Of a stretch of DNA of 64,000 bases, positions 1-9,677 are shown piece by piece. Positions within the stretch are counted from its first letter, which is position 1. Every line of letters starts with the position of its first letter. The notes under the pieces are model-generated. The model did no database searches. It worked only from the letters and a program-made list of their open reading frames with translations, and was not told where the DNA came from. The translations under genes and the position numbers were made by a program. This DNA is from an uncultured Chloroflexia bacterium (GTDB lineage: Bacteria > Chloroflexota > Limnocylindria > Limnocylindrales > CSP1-4), in NCBI GenBank assembly GCA_963707215.1, contig CAVPPB010000002.1, positions 320,001 to 384,000 of the forward strand. Direction: 5' to 3'.

Positions 1-1065
1 CCCGACATCCTGTGGGACCTGGCCGACCCGGCCTACGGCGGCTCGACCGCCACGGGCGATCGGCGCGTCTACTTCCAATGGGGTGATGGCGCGGGTGCCT
101 GGTCGTCCGTCCAGAGTGCCGTGATCCGCTACGCGGGCCCGCCGGCCGTCATCCGCATCTACGGAGCCGACCGCTATGCGACCGCGGCGGCCGTCGCACG
201 AACGAACTACGCCCCTGGCGTCCCGGCCGTCTACGTCGCCACGGGTCTCAACTTCCCCGACGCCCTGGCAGGTGCCGGGGCAGCCGGCTTCGAGGGCGCC
301 CCGGTCCTGCTCGTCACCGCCGATCGAATCCCGGCCGCGACGGCCCAGGCGCTCACCTCTCTCAAGCCTGAGCGGATCGTGATCCTGGGCGGCACCGGCG
401 TCGTGTCAAACCCCGTCCGGACCGCGCTGGCCGCCTACGTTCCCGGTGGGGCGGCCTCGGTGTCGCGGCTGGCTGGACCGGACCGCTACGCGACGGCCGC
501 GGCGATCTCGGCCGCGACGTATGAGCCCGGCGTCAACGAGGTGCTGATCGCGACCGGGCTCAACTTCCCGGATGCCCTGGCGGGCACCGCCATCGCGGCT
601 CGAGATGGTGCGCCGTTGCTGCTCGTCACCCGCACGACCGTCCCCAGCGCGACCGCCGCCGAGTTGGCTCGTCTGAAGCCGCACAGGATCGTGATCCTGG
701 GCGGGGAGGGGGTCGTCGGCCCGGCGTTGGTCAGCGCCCTTCGGAAGTACACCGACGGGGGGATCTTCCGGGTGTCCGGAGCTGACCGATACGAGACGGC
801 CGCAGCGATCTCGTGGGTGTGGTTCGGCGAGCACCCGGCGGTCGGCTTCGTGGCCACCGGCCTCAATTTCCCGGATGCGCTCGCCGGAGGAGCGCTCGCT
901 GGGCGACTTGGGAGTCCGCTCGTCCTCGTGCCCGGTATCTCGATCCCGGCTCCGATCGATGAGGTGCTCGAGTTCCTGGCTCCGCCCGAGTTCGACGTCC
1001 TCGGTGGCCCGAGCGTCGTCTCGAACGGGGTCATGACCTCGCTGGCGAGCTACCTCGGGCCCTAG
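1..1065 (+). CDS. Cell wall-binding repeat 2 (CW_binding_2) protein, 5'-partial
   Basis: Frame is open from base 1. Three repeats of G(A/P)DRYxTAAA...ATGLNFPDALAG...P(V/L)(L/V)LV. Confidence 0.9.
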   Translation, partial: PDILWDLADPAYGGSTATGDRRVYFQWGDGAGAWSSVQSAVIRYAGPPAVIRIYGADRYATAAAVARTNYAPGVPAVYVATGLNFPDALAGAGAAGFEGAPVLLVTADRIPAATAQALTSLKPERIVILGGTGVVSNPVRTALAAYVPGGAASVSRLAGPDRYATAAAISAATYEPGVNEVLIATGLNFPDALAGTAIAARDGAPLLLVTRTTVPSATAAELARLKPHRIVILGGEGVVGPALVSALRKYTDGGIFRVSGADRYETAAAISWVWFGEHPAVGFVATGLNFPDALAGGALAGRLGSPLVLVPGISIPAPIDEVLEFLAPPEFDVLGGPSVVSNGVMTSLASYLGP

Positions 1066-1119
1066 GGTCCGAGTAGCGAGGAAACCGGCAGTCCCCGGGA
1101 GGTCGGCCGTCCACCGCGC

Positions 1120-1863
1120 CTACTCCCAGCGGAAGGTCCGGGCCGTCAGGAGGGTCGCGCCGACGGCCCAGGCCGCCAGCACGATGAGCGGCTGGGCGGC
1201 ATCGCCGCCGTCCAGCCCGGCCCGCAGCGCCTCGGTGAGGGCCGCGGGTGGCAGCAGCTCCGCGAGGACGGGCACCGCGGCCGGGAGCCGGTCGAGCGGG
1301 ACGATGATCCCGCCGACCAGGAGGCAGGCCAGGAAGAGGCCGTTCGCGGCCGCCATCGTGGCTTCCGGGCGGAGCCGACCGGCCATCGCCAGGCCCAGGG
1401 CCGAGAAGGCGAGGGCGCCCAGGACGAGTGCCGAGAGGACGACGATCGGCGACGTCTCCGGCCCGGGCCGCCAGCCCAGCCCGACCGCCACGGCGACGAG
1501 CAGCGCCGCTTGCAGGGTGACCGTGACGGCGACCGCGATCGCCTTCGCCGTGACGATGCCGCCCCGGGGGAGCGGCGAACCGGCCAGCCGCTTGAGGACC
1601 CCGTAGCCGCGCTCGTACCCGGTCGAGATGGCCAGGCTCACGAGCCCGGTCGCGATGACGGCGAGCGAGATCGTCCCCGGCAGGAGCAGCGCGACCGGAT
1701 CCTCGGCGCCGAGATCGATGACCGGGACCGCGGTGAAGAAGACCAGGATCGCGACCGGGATGATGAGGGTCACGAGGAGGTTCTCGGGCCGGCGCGCGGT
1801 CACCCGCAGCTCCCACGAGGCGAGGGCGCTCACGGCCCCTGGGACCGACGCCGGCCGGCTCAC
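1120..1863 (-). CDS. ABC-2 type transporter permease
   Basis: About 6 hydrophobic segments and a YERGYGVLKRL motif. GTG start overlaps the ATPase stop (GTGA). Confidence 0.85.
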   Translation of the reverse strand: MSRPASVPGAVSALASWELRVTARRPENLLVTLIIPVAILVFFTAVPVIDLGAEDPVALLLPGTISLAVIATGLVSLAISTGYERGYGVLKRLAGSPLPRGGIVTAKAIAVAVTVTLQAALLVAVAVGLGWRPGPETSPIVVLSALVLGALAFSALGLAMAGRLRPEATMAAANGLFLACLLVGGIIVPLDRLPAAVPVLAELLPPAALTEALRAGLDGGDAAQPLIVLAAWAVGATLLTARTFRWE

Positions 1864-2882
1864 GGCGTCCACTCCGGCTCGGCCGGGTCGGTGGCCCCGG
1901 GCTCTCCGACCTCGCCGGCGGTCTCGCCACCATCGTTCGCATCAGGACCGACGAGCTCCAGGTAGCGCTCCTCCAGCGATGGGCCGATCGCCCGCAGCTC
2001 GAGGGCGTGGACGTCCTGCTCTGCCAGCCACGTCGCGACCGCAGCCGTGAGGGCCGGGGACGGCTCCACGTCCTCGACGACGAGCGAGCGCGGTTCGTCC
2101 AGGACCGCCACGCGGCTTGCCCCGACCGGTGCGATGGCCGCCTCCAGGGATCCCCGCTCGTCGGCGGAGAGCGGGCGCTCCAGGCGCAGGCGGAGCCGCG
2201 GGCCCGCTCCCGCCAGGAGCTCGGCCGGCGTGCCCGACGCCACCAGCCGACCGTGATCGATGATGGCGATGCGGTCGGCCAGCCGCTCCACGTCGGGTAG
2301 CTCGTGGGACGTCAGGAGGACCGTCGCTCCGGCGTCGCGCAGCGCCCGGAGCCGCTCCCGCGCGGCGACCTTGGCAGCCGGATCCATCCCCGCGGTCGGT
2401 TCGTCGAGGATCAGGAGCTCTGGTCGGCCGACCAGAGCGAGCCCCAGGGACAGGCGCTGGCGCTCGCCGCCCGAGAGGCGTCGCCAGGGGGTCGTGGCGA
2501 CCGCTTCCAGGCCCAGCTCGCTGAGCAGCTGGTCCGGGTCGAGTGGATCGACCCAGAAGCGGGCGTACAGGCGGAGCAGCTCCCGGGGCCTGGCCAGCGG
2601 CTGGACGCCGCCCTCCTGGAGCATCAGACCAAGGCGCTCGCGAAGCGCCCGGCCCTGACCCCACGGGTCGAGGCCCAGGACCATGGCGCTGCCTCCATCG
2701 GCCCGTCGGTAGCCTTCGACGATCTCGACCGTCGTCGTCTTGCCCGCGCCGTTCGGCCCGAGGAGTGCCGTGATCGAGCTCCGCGCCACGGTGAGGTCGA
2801 GGCCGTCGACGACGGCTCGTCCGTCGTACCGCTTGACCAGGCCCTCGATCCGGACAGCCGGCCCCGCGGCCGAGGTCGTCAC
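1860..2882 (-). CDS. ABC transporter ATP-binding protein
   Basis: Walker A GPNGAGKTT, signature LSGGE, Walker B LILDEP. GTGA overlap with the upstream gene. Confidence 0.92.
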   Translation of the reverse strand: MTTSAAGPAVRIEGLVKRYDGRAVVDGLDLTVARSSITALLGPNGAGKTTTVEIVEGYRRADGGSAMVLGLDPWGQGRALRERLGLMLQEGGVQPLARPRELLRLYARFWVDPLDPDQLLSELGLEAVATTPWRRLSGGERQRLSLGLALVGRPELLILDEPTAGMDPAAKVAARERLRALRDAGATVLLTSHELPDVERLADRIAIIDHGRLVASGTPAELLAGAGPRLRLRLERPLSADERGSLEAAIAPVGASRVAVLDEPRSLVVEDVEPSPALTAAVATWLAEQDVHALELRAIGPSLEERYLELVGPDANDGGETAGEVGEPGATDPAEPEWTP

Positions 2883-3424
2883 GGGGCGATCTTCGCCCAC
2901 TGCTGGTCGAAGTCCTCCGGCAGCAGCTCGCCGATGTGGATCCCCTGGACGATCCCGGCGGCATCGATGAAGTAGGTCTGCGGCGGGGCGACGACCCGGT
3001 ACGCTTCGGCGAAGGCATCGTCCGGGTCGTCGACGGTCGGCCAGGTCGCCCCGAACTCGGTCACGAACGCCTGGGCCGGTGCCGGGTCGTCCTTGAACAG
3101 GACCCCGACCAGGGCCATCCCGTCGGCCTCGTGGGCGTCCAGCGCCTCGTCCAGGACCGGGAACTCGTTGCGGCACGGCGTGCACCAGGACGCCCAGAAG
3201 TTGACGACGACGGGTCGTCCGCGCAGGTCCGCCAGGTCGAACGCGGCCCCATCGAGCGTCGAGCCGGCGATGGCGGGGGCCGAGGAGCCGATCGAGCCGC
3301 CCTGGCTCCCGTCGGAGCCGCAGCCGGCAACGACCAGGAGCGACGCCAGGATCGCGGCGAGCAAGCGGGGTCGCGTCACAGCTCGGGAACGAGGAGGGGC
3401 CGCCCGGCCTGGATCGCTGGTCAT
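2879..3424 (-). CDS. TlpA/ResA-like thiol-disulfide oxidoreductase lipoprotein
   Basis: NFWASWCTPC (CxxC) motif and lipobox VVAGC. Confidence 0.9.
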   Translation of the reverse strand: MTSDPGRAAPPRSRAVTRPRLLAAILASLLVVAGCGSDGSQGGSIGSSAPAIAGSTLDGAAFDLADLRGRPVVVNFWASWCTPCRNEFPVLDEALDAHEADGMALVGVLFKDDPAPAQAFVTEFGATWPTVDDPDDAFAEAYRVVAPPQTYFIDAAGIVQGIHIGELLPEDFDQQWAKIAP

Positions 3425-3484
3425 CGGTCCATCCTCGTCGCTGGGCCCCGTCGAGGCAACGGCGACGCTGGCAGGTCCGTCGTC

Positions 3485-4621
3485 CTAGCCGCCCGCCGTC
3501 ATCGTCCCGACCATGTTCGGATGGACGGTACAGATGAACGGGTAGGTCCCGGCGGGCAGGGCCGGGACCTCGTAGACCCGGGTCTCGACGCCGTTGAAGA
3601 TGTCGCCGAGGAAGACGGTCGCACCACTCTCGTCCCTGATCTCGACGTTGTGGGGCACGCCGGCGTCGAGATTGACGAAGGCGATGGTGAAGGGCCGGTC
3701 CGCGGGGATCGCCACGTCGGTCTCGAGGAACGCGATGCCCTGGGCCGTGATCGTCACGTCGGCCTGGGGGATCTCGGGGGCGGCGGAGGCTCCCGGTTCG
3801 GCCGAGGCGCCGGGCGCACCCGAGGCGCCGGGCGACGGCGATGCCCCGCCGCCGCCGTCGCCGGCGCTGGCGGGCGGCAGGACGCCGGCGTTGATGGCGA
3901 CGGCGACCACCACCAGCACCGCCGCGGCCGCGAACGAGCCGGTCGGGAACCGTGGGTCGGGACCGTTGTCGAGGTGGCCGGTCCGGTCGGCCTCCACGGT
4001 CGCGTTGTACTCCCGGCGGGCGTCGCGCAGCCACCCCAGCAGCGCCCAGACGACGACGATGAGGCCGGCGACGAGTAGCGCGCCGCCGAAGACGACCCCC
4101 AGGAAGAGGACCGCGGCGGACAGGGCGACGAGGAACGGCCGGTACGACGGCCCGGGGACGTGGACGCCGGGCGGCGGGCCGGACGGCACCACAGCCGGCA
4201 GCTGGGCTGCGCTCGCCTCGTGCTCGTCGGGCGCCGCGTGCTCGTAGTCGGTCATGGCTTCGCGGAGCCAGTACAGGAGCGTCAGGGCCAGCACGCTCAG
4301 GCCGACGATGAGGACCCAGCCGCCCAGGACGAGACCGGCGAACGCGAGGAACGCCCCGAACGCGGCCAGGAACGGCGCCAGCGAGGGCCCGGGCATGTGG
4401 ATCCCCGGCGGCGGCGCCGATGGTCTTCGCTGGTAGCCGCGCCGGGTGGGACCGGCCGACATCCAGCGCCGGGCGAACCAGGCCAGGAAGGCGACGACCA
4501 GGACGAGCAGGATGACCGGGATGAGCGACACCAGCTCGCCCCAGTCGGGCATCACGAAGACCTGGGTCAGCTCGAGGATCGACTCCCAGATCCCCTGGAT
4601 GAACTCCCAGACAGGCTCCAC
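3485..4621 (-). CDS. Membrane protein with duplicated CtaF-like segments and a C-terminal cupredoxin domain
   Basis: Two PPPG(I/V)H(M/V)PGPS + TM-pair modules. C-terminal PHNV...CTVHPNM type-1 copper ligands. Lies within the cox operon. Confidence 0.7.
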   Translation of the reverse strand: MEPVWEFIQGIWESILELTQVFVMPDWGELVSLIPVILLVLVVAFLAWFARRWMSAGPTRRGYQRRPSAPPPGIHMPGPSLAPFLAAFGAFLAFAGLVLGGWVLIVGLSVLALTLLYWLREAMTDYEHAAPDEHEASAAQLPAVVPSGPPPGVHVPGPSYRPFLVALSAAVLFLGVVFGGALLVAGLIVVVWALLGWLRDARREYNATVEADRTGHLDNGPDPRFPTGSFAAAAVLVVVAVAINAGVLPPASAGDGGGGASPSPGASGAPGASAEPGASAAPEIPQADVTITAQGIAFLETDVAIPADRPFTIAFVNLDAGVPHNVEIRDESGATVFLGDIFNGVETRVYEVPALPAGTYPFICTVHPNMVGTMTAGG

Positions 4622-4640
4622 GTCGGGTCCGGCCCTGGAC

Positions 4641-4838
4641 TCAGTCGCCGCGCGGGGAGCCGGCCGCGAGGACGTAGGCCATCAGGCTCATGGCGAGGCC
4701 GAGGGCGAGCAGCATCGTGAAGCCGGCGACGTCGACGACGCCCCCGAAGATGATGGGCACCGCCACGTAGACGACGGCGATGACGGCGAACACGACCCCC
4801 ACGAGGAGCGCGTTCCGAGGGTGGCGCAGGATGTGCAT
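4641..4838 (-). CDS. Small 2-TM protein, resembling the N-terminal half of cytochrome c oxidase subunit 4 (CtaF)
   Basis: MHILRHPRNALLVGVVFAVIAVVY...DVAGFTMLLALGLAMSLMAYVL. Start overlaps the ctaE stop (TGATG). Confidence 0.65.
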   Translation of the reverse strand: MHILRHPRNALLVGVVFAVIAVVYVAVPIIFGGVVDVAGFTMLLALGLAMSLMAYVLAAGSPRGD

Positions 4839-5488
4839 CAGGCGCCTCCGCTCGTGCCGGGCAGGATGTAGAGGATCGTGAACAGGGCGATCCAGACGAC
4901 GTCGACGAAGTGCCAGTAGAGGGACGTCGCCTCGACGGCATCGTGGTGGCGGGCTGAGAACTGGCCGGCCATGCCGCGGTAGAGCACGACGCTCAGCATG
5001 ACGACCCCGCCCAGGACGTGGGCGCCGTGGAAGCCGGTCAGCGTGTAGAAGGTGCTGCCGAACGCTCCCGAGTCGAGGGTCACGCCGTCGCTCCAGAGGA
5101 CGATGTAGTCGGTGAACTGGATGACGAGGAAGACGATGCCGAGGGCCAGCGTCACCGCGATGTTGCGGACGAACCCGGTCCGGTCGCCCTTGCGGATCGC
5201 CCAGACCGCGAACTGGCAGGTGAACGAGCTCAGGACCAGCAGGATCGTCGCCGGCCCGGCGAAGGGCAGGACGTGGAGGACGTCGGCGAACTCCGCCGGG
5301 GGCCACTCGGGGGCCGCCGTCCGGACGTTGAAGTAGGCCGCGAACAGGCCCGCGAAGAACATCACCTCGGAGGCGATGAACAGGATCATCCCCAGGATCG
5401 GGTTGCTGATCCCGCCGCGGGTGTCGTGGGCCAGGCCGCCGACCGGGCTGTGCTCGGTCGTGGTCAGGGCCTGCGGTTCGGCGGTCAC
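4838..5488 (-). CDS. ctaE: Cytochrome c oxidase subunit III
   Basis: FIASEVMFF, TGFHGAHV and YWHFVDVVW motifs. Confidence 0.95.
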   Translation of the reverse strand: MTAEPQALTTTEHSPVGGLAHDTRGGISNPILGMILFIASEVMFFAGLFAAYFNVRTAAPEWPPAEFADVLHVLPFAGPATILLVLSSFTCQFAVWAIRKGDRTGFVRNIAVTLALGIVFLVIQFTDYIVLWSDGVTLDSGAFGSTFYTLTGFHGAHVLGGVVMLSVVLYRGMAGQFSARHHDAVEATSLYWHFVDVVWIALFTILYILPGTSGGA

Positions 5489-5521
5489 GTCAGATGCTCC
5501 TCCGTCGGTCGTTCGCGCGGG

Positions 5522-7144
5522 TCAGTGGCCGGCGGCCTGGCCGTGCCGGGCATCGAAGACGGGCCGCTCCGAGCGGATCTCCGGCAGGTGGTCGAAGTTG
5601 TAGGCAGGCGGCGGCGAGGCGGTCGCCCACTCGAGGGTGTTGCCCTCCCACGGGTCATCGCCGGCGTGCTTGCCGCCGCGCAGCGAGACGAAGACGTTGA
5701 ACAGGAAGGGCAGGATCCCGAGGGCGATGACGAAGCCGCCGATCGTGGCCACGAGGTTCAGGTCGTTCCAGCCGGCGCTCGCGCTGTAGTCGGCGATGCG
5801 CCGGGGCATCCCGGCCAGGCCCAGCTGGTGCATCGGGAAGAAGGTCAGGTTGAAGCCGATGAACAGCAGGACGAACTGGAACTTGCCCATTGTCTCGTTG
5901 AGCATCCGGCCGGTCATCTTGGGGAACCAGTAGAAGATCCCGGCGAAGACCGCGAAGACGGACCCGCCGAAGAGCACGTAGTGGATGTGGGCCACGACGT
6001 AGTACGTGTCGTGGAGGGCGAAGTCCACCGGCACCGAGGCGTGGAAGGCGCCGTTGATCCCGCCGATGAGGAACATCGTCAGGAAGCCCAGGGCGTAGAG
6101 CATCGGCGTGGTGAAGCTCAGCTGGCCGCGGAACATCGTGGCGATCCAGTTGAACATCTTGACGCCGGTGGGGATGGCGATCAGGAAGGTCATGAACGAG
6201 AAGAACGGCAGGAAGACCGAACCGGTCGTGAACATGTGGTGGGCCCAGACCGAGAAGCCCAGGGCCCCGATGCCCGCGGTCGCGAAGACGAAGGCCTTGT
6301 AGCCGAAGAGGGGTTTGCGGCTGAAGACCGGCAGGACCTCGCTGATGATCCCCATCGCCGGCAGGATCATGATGTAGACGGCCGGGTGCGAGTAGAACCA
6401 GAACACGTTCTGCCACAGCACCGCGCTGCCGCCCAGGGCCGGGTCGAAGAAGTGACCGCCGTAGTTGCGGTCGATGAAGAGCATGATCAGGCCGCTCGTC
6501 AGGACCGGCGTGGCCATGAGGACCAGGACGCTGGTCACCAGGACCGTCCAGACCATGATCGGCATCCGGAAGAGGGTCATGCCCGGCGCCCGCATCTTGA
6601 AGATCGTCACCAGGAAGTTGACGGCGCCCAGGATGGAGCTCGTCCCGATGAGGGTCACGGCCATCAGCCAGAGGTCGACGCCGGTGCCGGAGAAGGCCGC
6701 CCCCGAGAGCGGCGGGTAGGAGGTCCACCCAGCGGCCGCGGCGCCGCCGTCGACGAAGAAGCCGGCGCACATGAGGATGCCGGCCAGCGGCAGCATCCAG
6801 AAGCTCAGGGCGTTGATCCGCGGGAAGGCCATGTCCGGGGCGCCGATCATCAGCGGCACGGCGTAGTTGCCGAAGCCGGCCAGCATCGGGATCACGAACA
6901 GGAAGAGCATCAGGCTCGCGTGCATCGTGAAGGCCTGGTTGTAGGCCTCTTCGCCGAGGATCTGCAGCCCCGGCTGGGCCAGCTCGGCCCGCACCCCCAG
7001 GGCGAGCAGGCCGCCCAGGAAGAAGAAGATGAACGAGTTGATGACGTAGAGGATCCCGATCTTCTTGTGATCGGTCGTCGTCACCCACTCGTAGATGGCG
7101 CTCCGGCGGGCGGGGATGGCGGGATTCAGGGCGGTGGTGGCCAT
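5522..7144 (-). CDS. ctaD: Cytochrome c oxidase subunit I (type A2)
   Basis: TTDHKKIG, WFYSHPAVY, VWAHHM, AHIHY and GMPRR motifs. Confidence 0.97.
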   Translation of the reverse strand: MATTALNPAIPARRSAIYEWVTTTDHKKIGILYVINSFIFFFLGGLLALGVRAELAQPGLQILGEEAYNQAFTMHASLMLFLFVIPMLAGFGNYAVPLMIGAPDMAFPRINALSFWMLPLAGILMCAGFFVDGGAAAAGWTSYPPLSGAAFSGTGVDLWLMAVTLIGTSSILGAVNFLVTIFKMRAPGMTLFRMPIMVWTVLVTSVLVLMATPVLTSGLIMLFIDRNYGGHFFDPALGGSAVLWQNVFWFYSHPAVYIMILPAMGIISEVLPVFSRKPLFGYKAFVFATAGIGALGFSVWAHHMFTTGSVFLPFFSFMTFLIAIPTGVKMFNWIATMFRGQLSFTTPMLYALGFLTMFLIGGINGAFHASVPVDFALHDTYYVVAHIHYVLFGGSVFAVFAGIFYWFPKMTGRMLNETMGKFQFVLLFIGFNLTFFPMHQLGLAGMPRRIADYSASAGWNDLNLVATIGGFVIALGILPFLFNVFVSLRGGKHAGDDPWEGNTLEWATASPPPAYNFDHLPEIRSERPVFDARHGQAAGH

Positions 7145-7157
7145 CGCGGAGACTCCC

Positions 7158-8342
7158 TTACTCGACCGTCAGGGTGCCGGTCATGTTCGGGTGGACCGTG
7201 CAGACGAAGGTGTAGGTCCCGGCCGGCAGCGCCGGCACGGCGTAGTCGCGGGTGTCGACGCCGTTGAAGATCTCGCCCAGGAAGACCGTCGCACCGGATC
7301 CGTCCTTGATCTCGACGTTGTGGGGGACCCCGGCGTCGTTGTTGGCGAAGCGGATCGTGAACGGCTGGTCGGCGGAGGCCGTCAGCTGGGCGGTGTCGTA
7401 CTCGATGTTCTGGGCCGAGATCTCCAGTACGGCGCCGGAGGGGGCCTGGCTCGGCTGGGGCTCGCCGCTCGGCTGGGGCTGCGCGCTCGGCGCCGGCTCA
7501 CCGCTGGGCTGGGGCTCGGCGCTCGGCTGCGGCGGCGGGGCGTTGGCGATCTGGTCGGCCAGCCAGGCGTCGAACTCGGCCGGGGCGAGCGCCTTGACGG
7601 TGAACTGCATCGCCCAGTGCTGGGCGCCGCAGAGCTCGGCGCACTGGCCGCGGAACGTCTGGCCCGCGAAGTCGGCCGGGATGTCGAACTCGAAGGCGTT
7701 CTCCTTGCCGGGGATCACGTCGCGCTTGAAGAGGAACTGCGGGACGTAGAAGGCGTGGATCACGTCGGGGCTTCGGAGGGTCAGGTGGACCGTCTCGCCG
7801 GCCGGCACGACCATCTCCGGGGCGAACTGGGTGAACTCGACGGTCGAGCCGTCGGCGGTCAGGTACTCGAAGGTCCACTGGTAGCGGGCGCCGATGGCCC
7901 GGATCCGGACCTCGCCCTCATCTGCGGTGGCGGCGTTGACCGAGTTGAGGGTCTGCCAGCTGATGACGAAGAGCGCCGCCACGACGATCGTCGGGATGAC
8001 CGTCCAGATCACCTCCAGCAGGTTGTTCCCGTGGATCTGCGGCGGAAGCTCGCTGTCACCGGGCTTTCGCCGGTAGCGCACGACCGCCCAGATGATCGCC
8101 CCCTCGACCAGGAGGAAGACGATCGCGGCGATGATGAAGATGATCGTGTAGAGATCGTGGATGGCCTTGCCCTGCTCGGTCGTCGGCACCGGCGGGAAGA
8201 AGGACGCCCAGACGACCCCGAGCTGGGCCACGATGTCGTTGCCGCGAAGGGCCAGGATCCCCAGGAAGACCGCGACGGTGGCCACGGCCGCGACCGTCAG
8301 GATGACGGCGGGGGAGAGGCCAGGTCTGCGGGGCGATGTCAT
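7158..8342 (-). CDS. ctaC: Cytochrome c oxidase subunit II with an extra C-terminal cupredoxin domain
   Basis: DVIHAF and CAELCGAQHWAM CuA motif, a PQPSGE linker, then PHNV...CTVHPNM. Confidence 0.93.
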   Translation of the reverse strand: MTSPRRPGLSPAVILTVAAVATVAVFLGILALRGNDIVAQLGVVWASFFPPVPTTEQGKAIHDLYTIIFIIAAIVFLLVEGAIIWAVVRYRRKPGDSELPPQIHGNNLLEVIWTVIPTIVVAALFVISWQTLNSVNAATADEGEVRIRAIGARYQWTFEYLTADGSTVEFTQFAPEMVVPAGETVHLTLRSPDVIHAFYVPQFLFKRDVIPGKENAFEFDIPADFAGQTFRGQCAELCGAQHWAMQFTVKALAPAEFDAWLADQIANAPPPQPSAEPQPSGEPAPSAQPQPSGEPQPSQAPSGAVLEISAQNIEYDTAQLTASADQPFTIRFANNDAGVPHNVEIKDGSGATVFLGEIFNGVDTRDYAVPALPAGTYTFVCTVHPNMTGTLTVE

Positions 8343-8531
8343 CGACGATCCTCGAGCTGTCGGAGGGTGTCGACCAGCGCCCACGTGGAGGGGCCGCGGC
8401 CGACGGCGTACCTTGAGCCCGTCCGGGACGCGGGGCGGACCCGGCGCATGATAGCCGAACCGGTGGCGGTTTCGTCTACCGAGCAGGTAAGCATTCGATG
8501 GATGCTCCCGTTCCGTGGGACGATTGACGCC

Positions 8532-9677
8532 GTGAGCACCCGGGCCTCCCGATGGCCAGCCGCTCGGCCGCCCGCTTTCACCCGAGGACTGATCGAGCTC
8601 GTGCTCGCCTCGGCAGGCGTGCTGGCGTTCGTTCCGCCTGCGCTTGCCCACGGTGGGCCCAACCCCGACGAGCCGGGTCCGTTCTTCGTCCTGACCGACT
8701 GGTCGTTCGACCCGCTGACCCAGGGTCTGCTGCTCGGGCTCGCCGTCCTCTACCTCCTGGCGGTCCGGGCGGTCGACCGGGCCCATCCCGGCAACCCGGT
8801 CCCCCGCTCCCGGACGCTGGCCTGGCTGGGCGGCATCGTCGCCCTCGAGCTGGCCCTGGCCTCCGGGATCGAGCGCTACGACACGACGCTCTTCTCCGTG
8901 CACATGGTCCAGCACATCCTGCTGACCCTCGTGGCGGCCCCGCTGCTGGTCCTGGGGGCGCCGCTCACCCTCGTCCTGCGGGTCGCCTCACCCGCCGTCC
9001 GGCGACGCTGGATCCTGCCGATCCTCCACAGCCGGCTGGTCCGGTTCCTCGGCCACCCACTCGTGGCCTGGATCCTGTTCACGGCCGTCATGTGGGGGAG
9101 CCACCTGACGCCGCTCTTCGACGCAGCCCTCGAGAGCGAGCCGCTCCATCGGCTCGAGCACGCCCTCTACCTGTCGACGGCGATGCTCTTCTGGTGGCCG
9201 GTCGTCGGCATCGACCCGAGCCCGTACCGGATGTCGTACCCGGCCCGGATCCTCTACCTGCTGCTCCAGATGCCGACCAACACCTTCCTGGCCGTCCTCG
9301 TCTACTCGGCGACCTCGCCCTGGTACCCGCACTACGTCACGAGCGGGCGGACCTGGGGCCCGAGCCCGCTGCTCGACCAGCAGGCCGCCGGGGCGATCAT
9401 GTGGGTATTCGGCGACCTGGTCTTCCTCGTGGCCGGGCTTCTGATGGTCGCCGCCTGGTGGCGCGACGAGGAGCGGCGAGCGGCCAGGACCGAGGGCCGG
9501 CCGGACCCGGCCCTCCAGGCGATCCGGGAGCGCGAGGTCGCCCTGGCCGCTCGGCTGGCGGCGGAGCGGGAGGCCGCGACGAGCGGGACGCCCGATGGGC
9601 GCGATGCGGCCCCCGCTGGTGCCGCCGCCTCCGGGGCCGTTGCAGGTCAGGCCGAGGGGAGCGGGGCTCCGAGGTAG
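8532..9677 (+). CDS. ctaG: Cytochrome c oxidase assembly protein (caa3-type CtaG)
   Basis: LFSVHMVQH, LEHALY...FWW and DQQAAGAIMW motifs. Divergent from ctaC. Start is approximate. Confidence 0.88.
   Translation: MSTRASRWPAARPPAFTRGLIELVLASAGVLAFVPPALAHGGPNPDEPGPFFVLTDWSFDPLTQGLLLGLAVLYLLAVRAVDRAHPGNPVPRSRTLAWLGGIVALELALASGIERYDTTLFSVHMVQHILLTLVAAPLLVLGAPLTLVLRVASPAVRRRWILPILHSRLVRFLGHPLVAWILFTAVMWGSHLTPLFDAALESEPLHRLEHALYLSTAMLFWWPVVGIDPSPYRMSYPARILYLLLQMPTNTFLAVLVYSATSPWYPHYVTSGRTWGPSPLLDQQAAGAIMWVFGDLVFLVAGLLMVAAWWRDEERRAARTEGRPDPALQAIREREVALAARLAAEREAATSGTPDGRDAAPAGAAASGAVAGQAEGSGAPR

Noticed and set aside
1120-3424. ABC exporter + TlpA as a novel system
   Set aside because: Such genes commonly accompany respiratory oxidase biogenesis clusters, and nothing further is visible.
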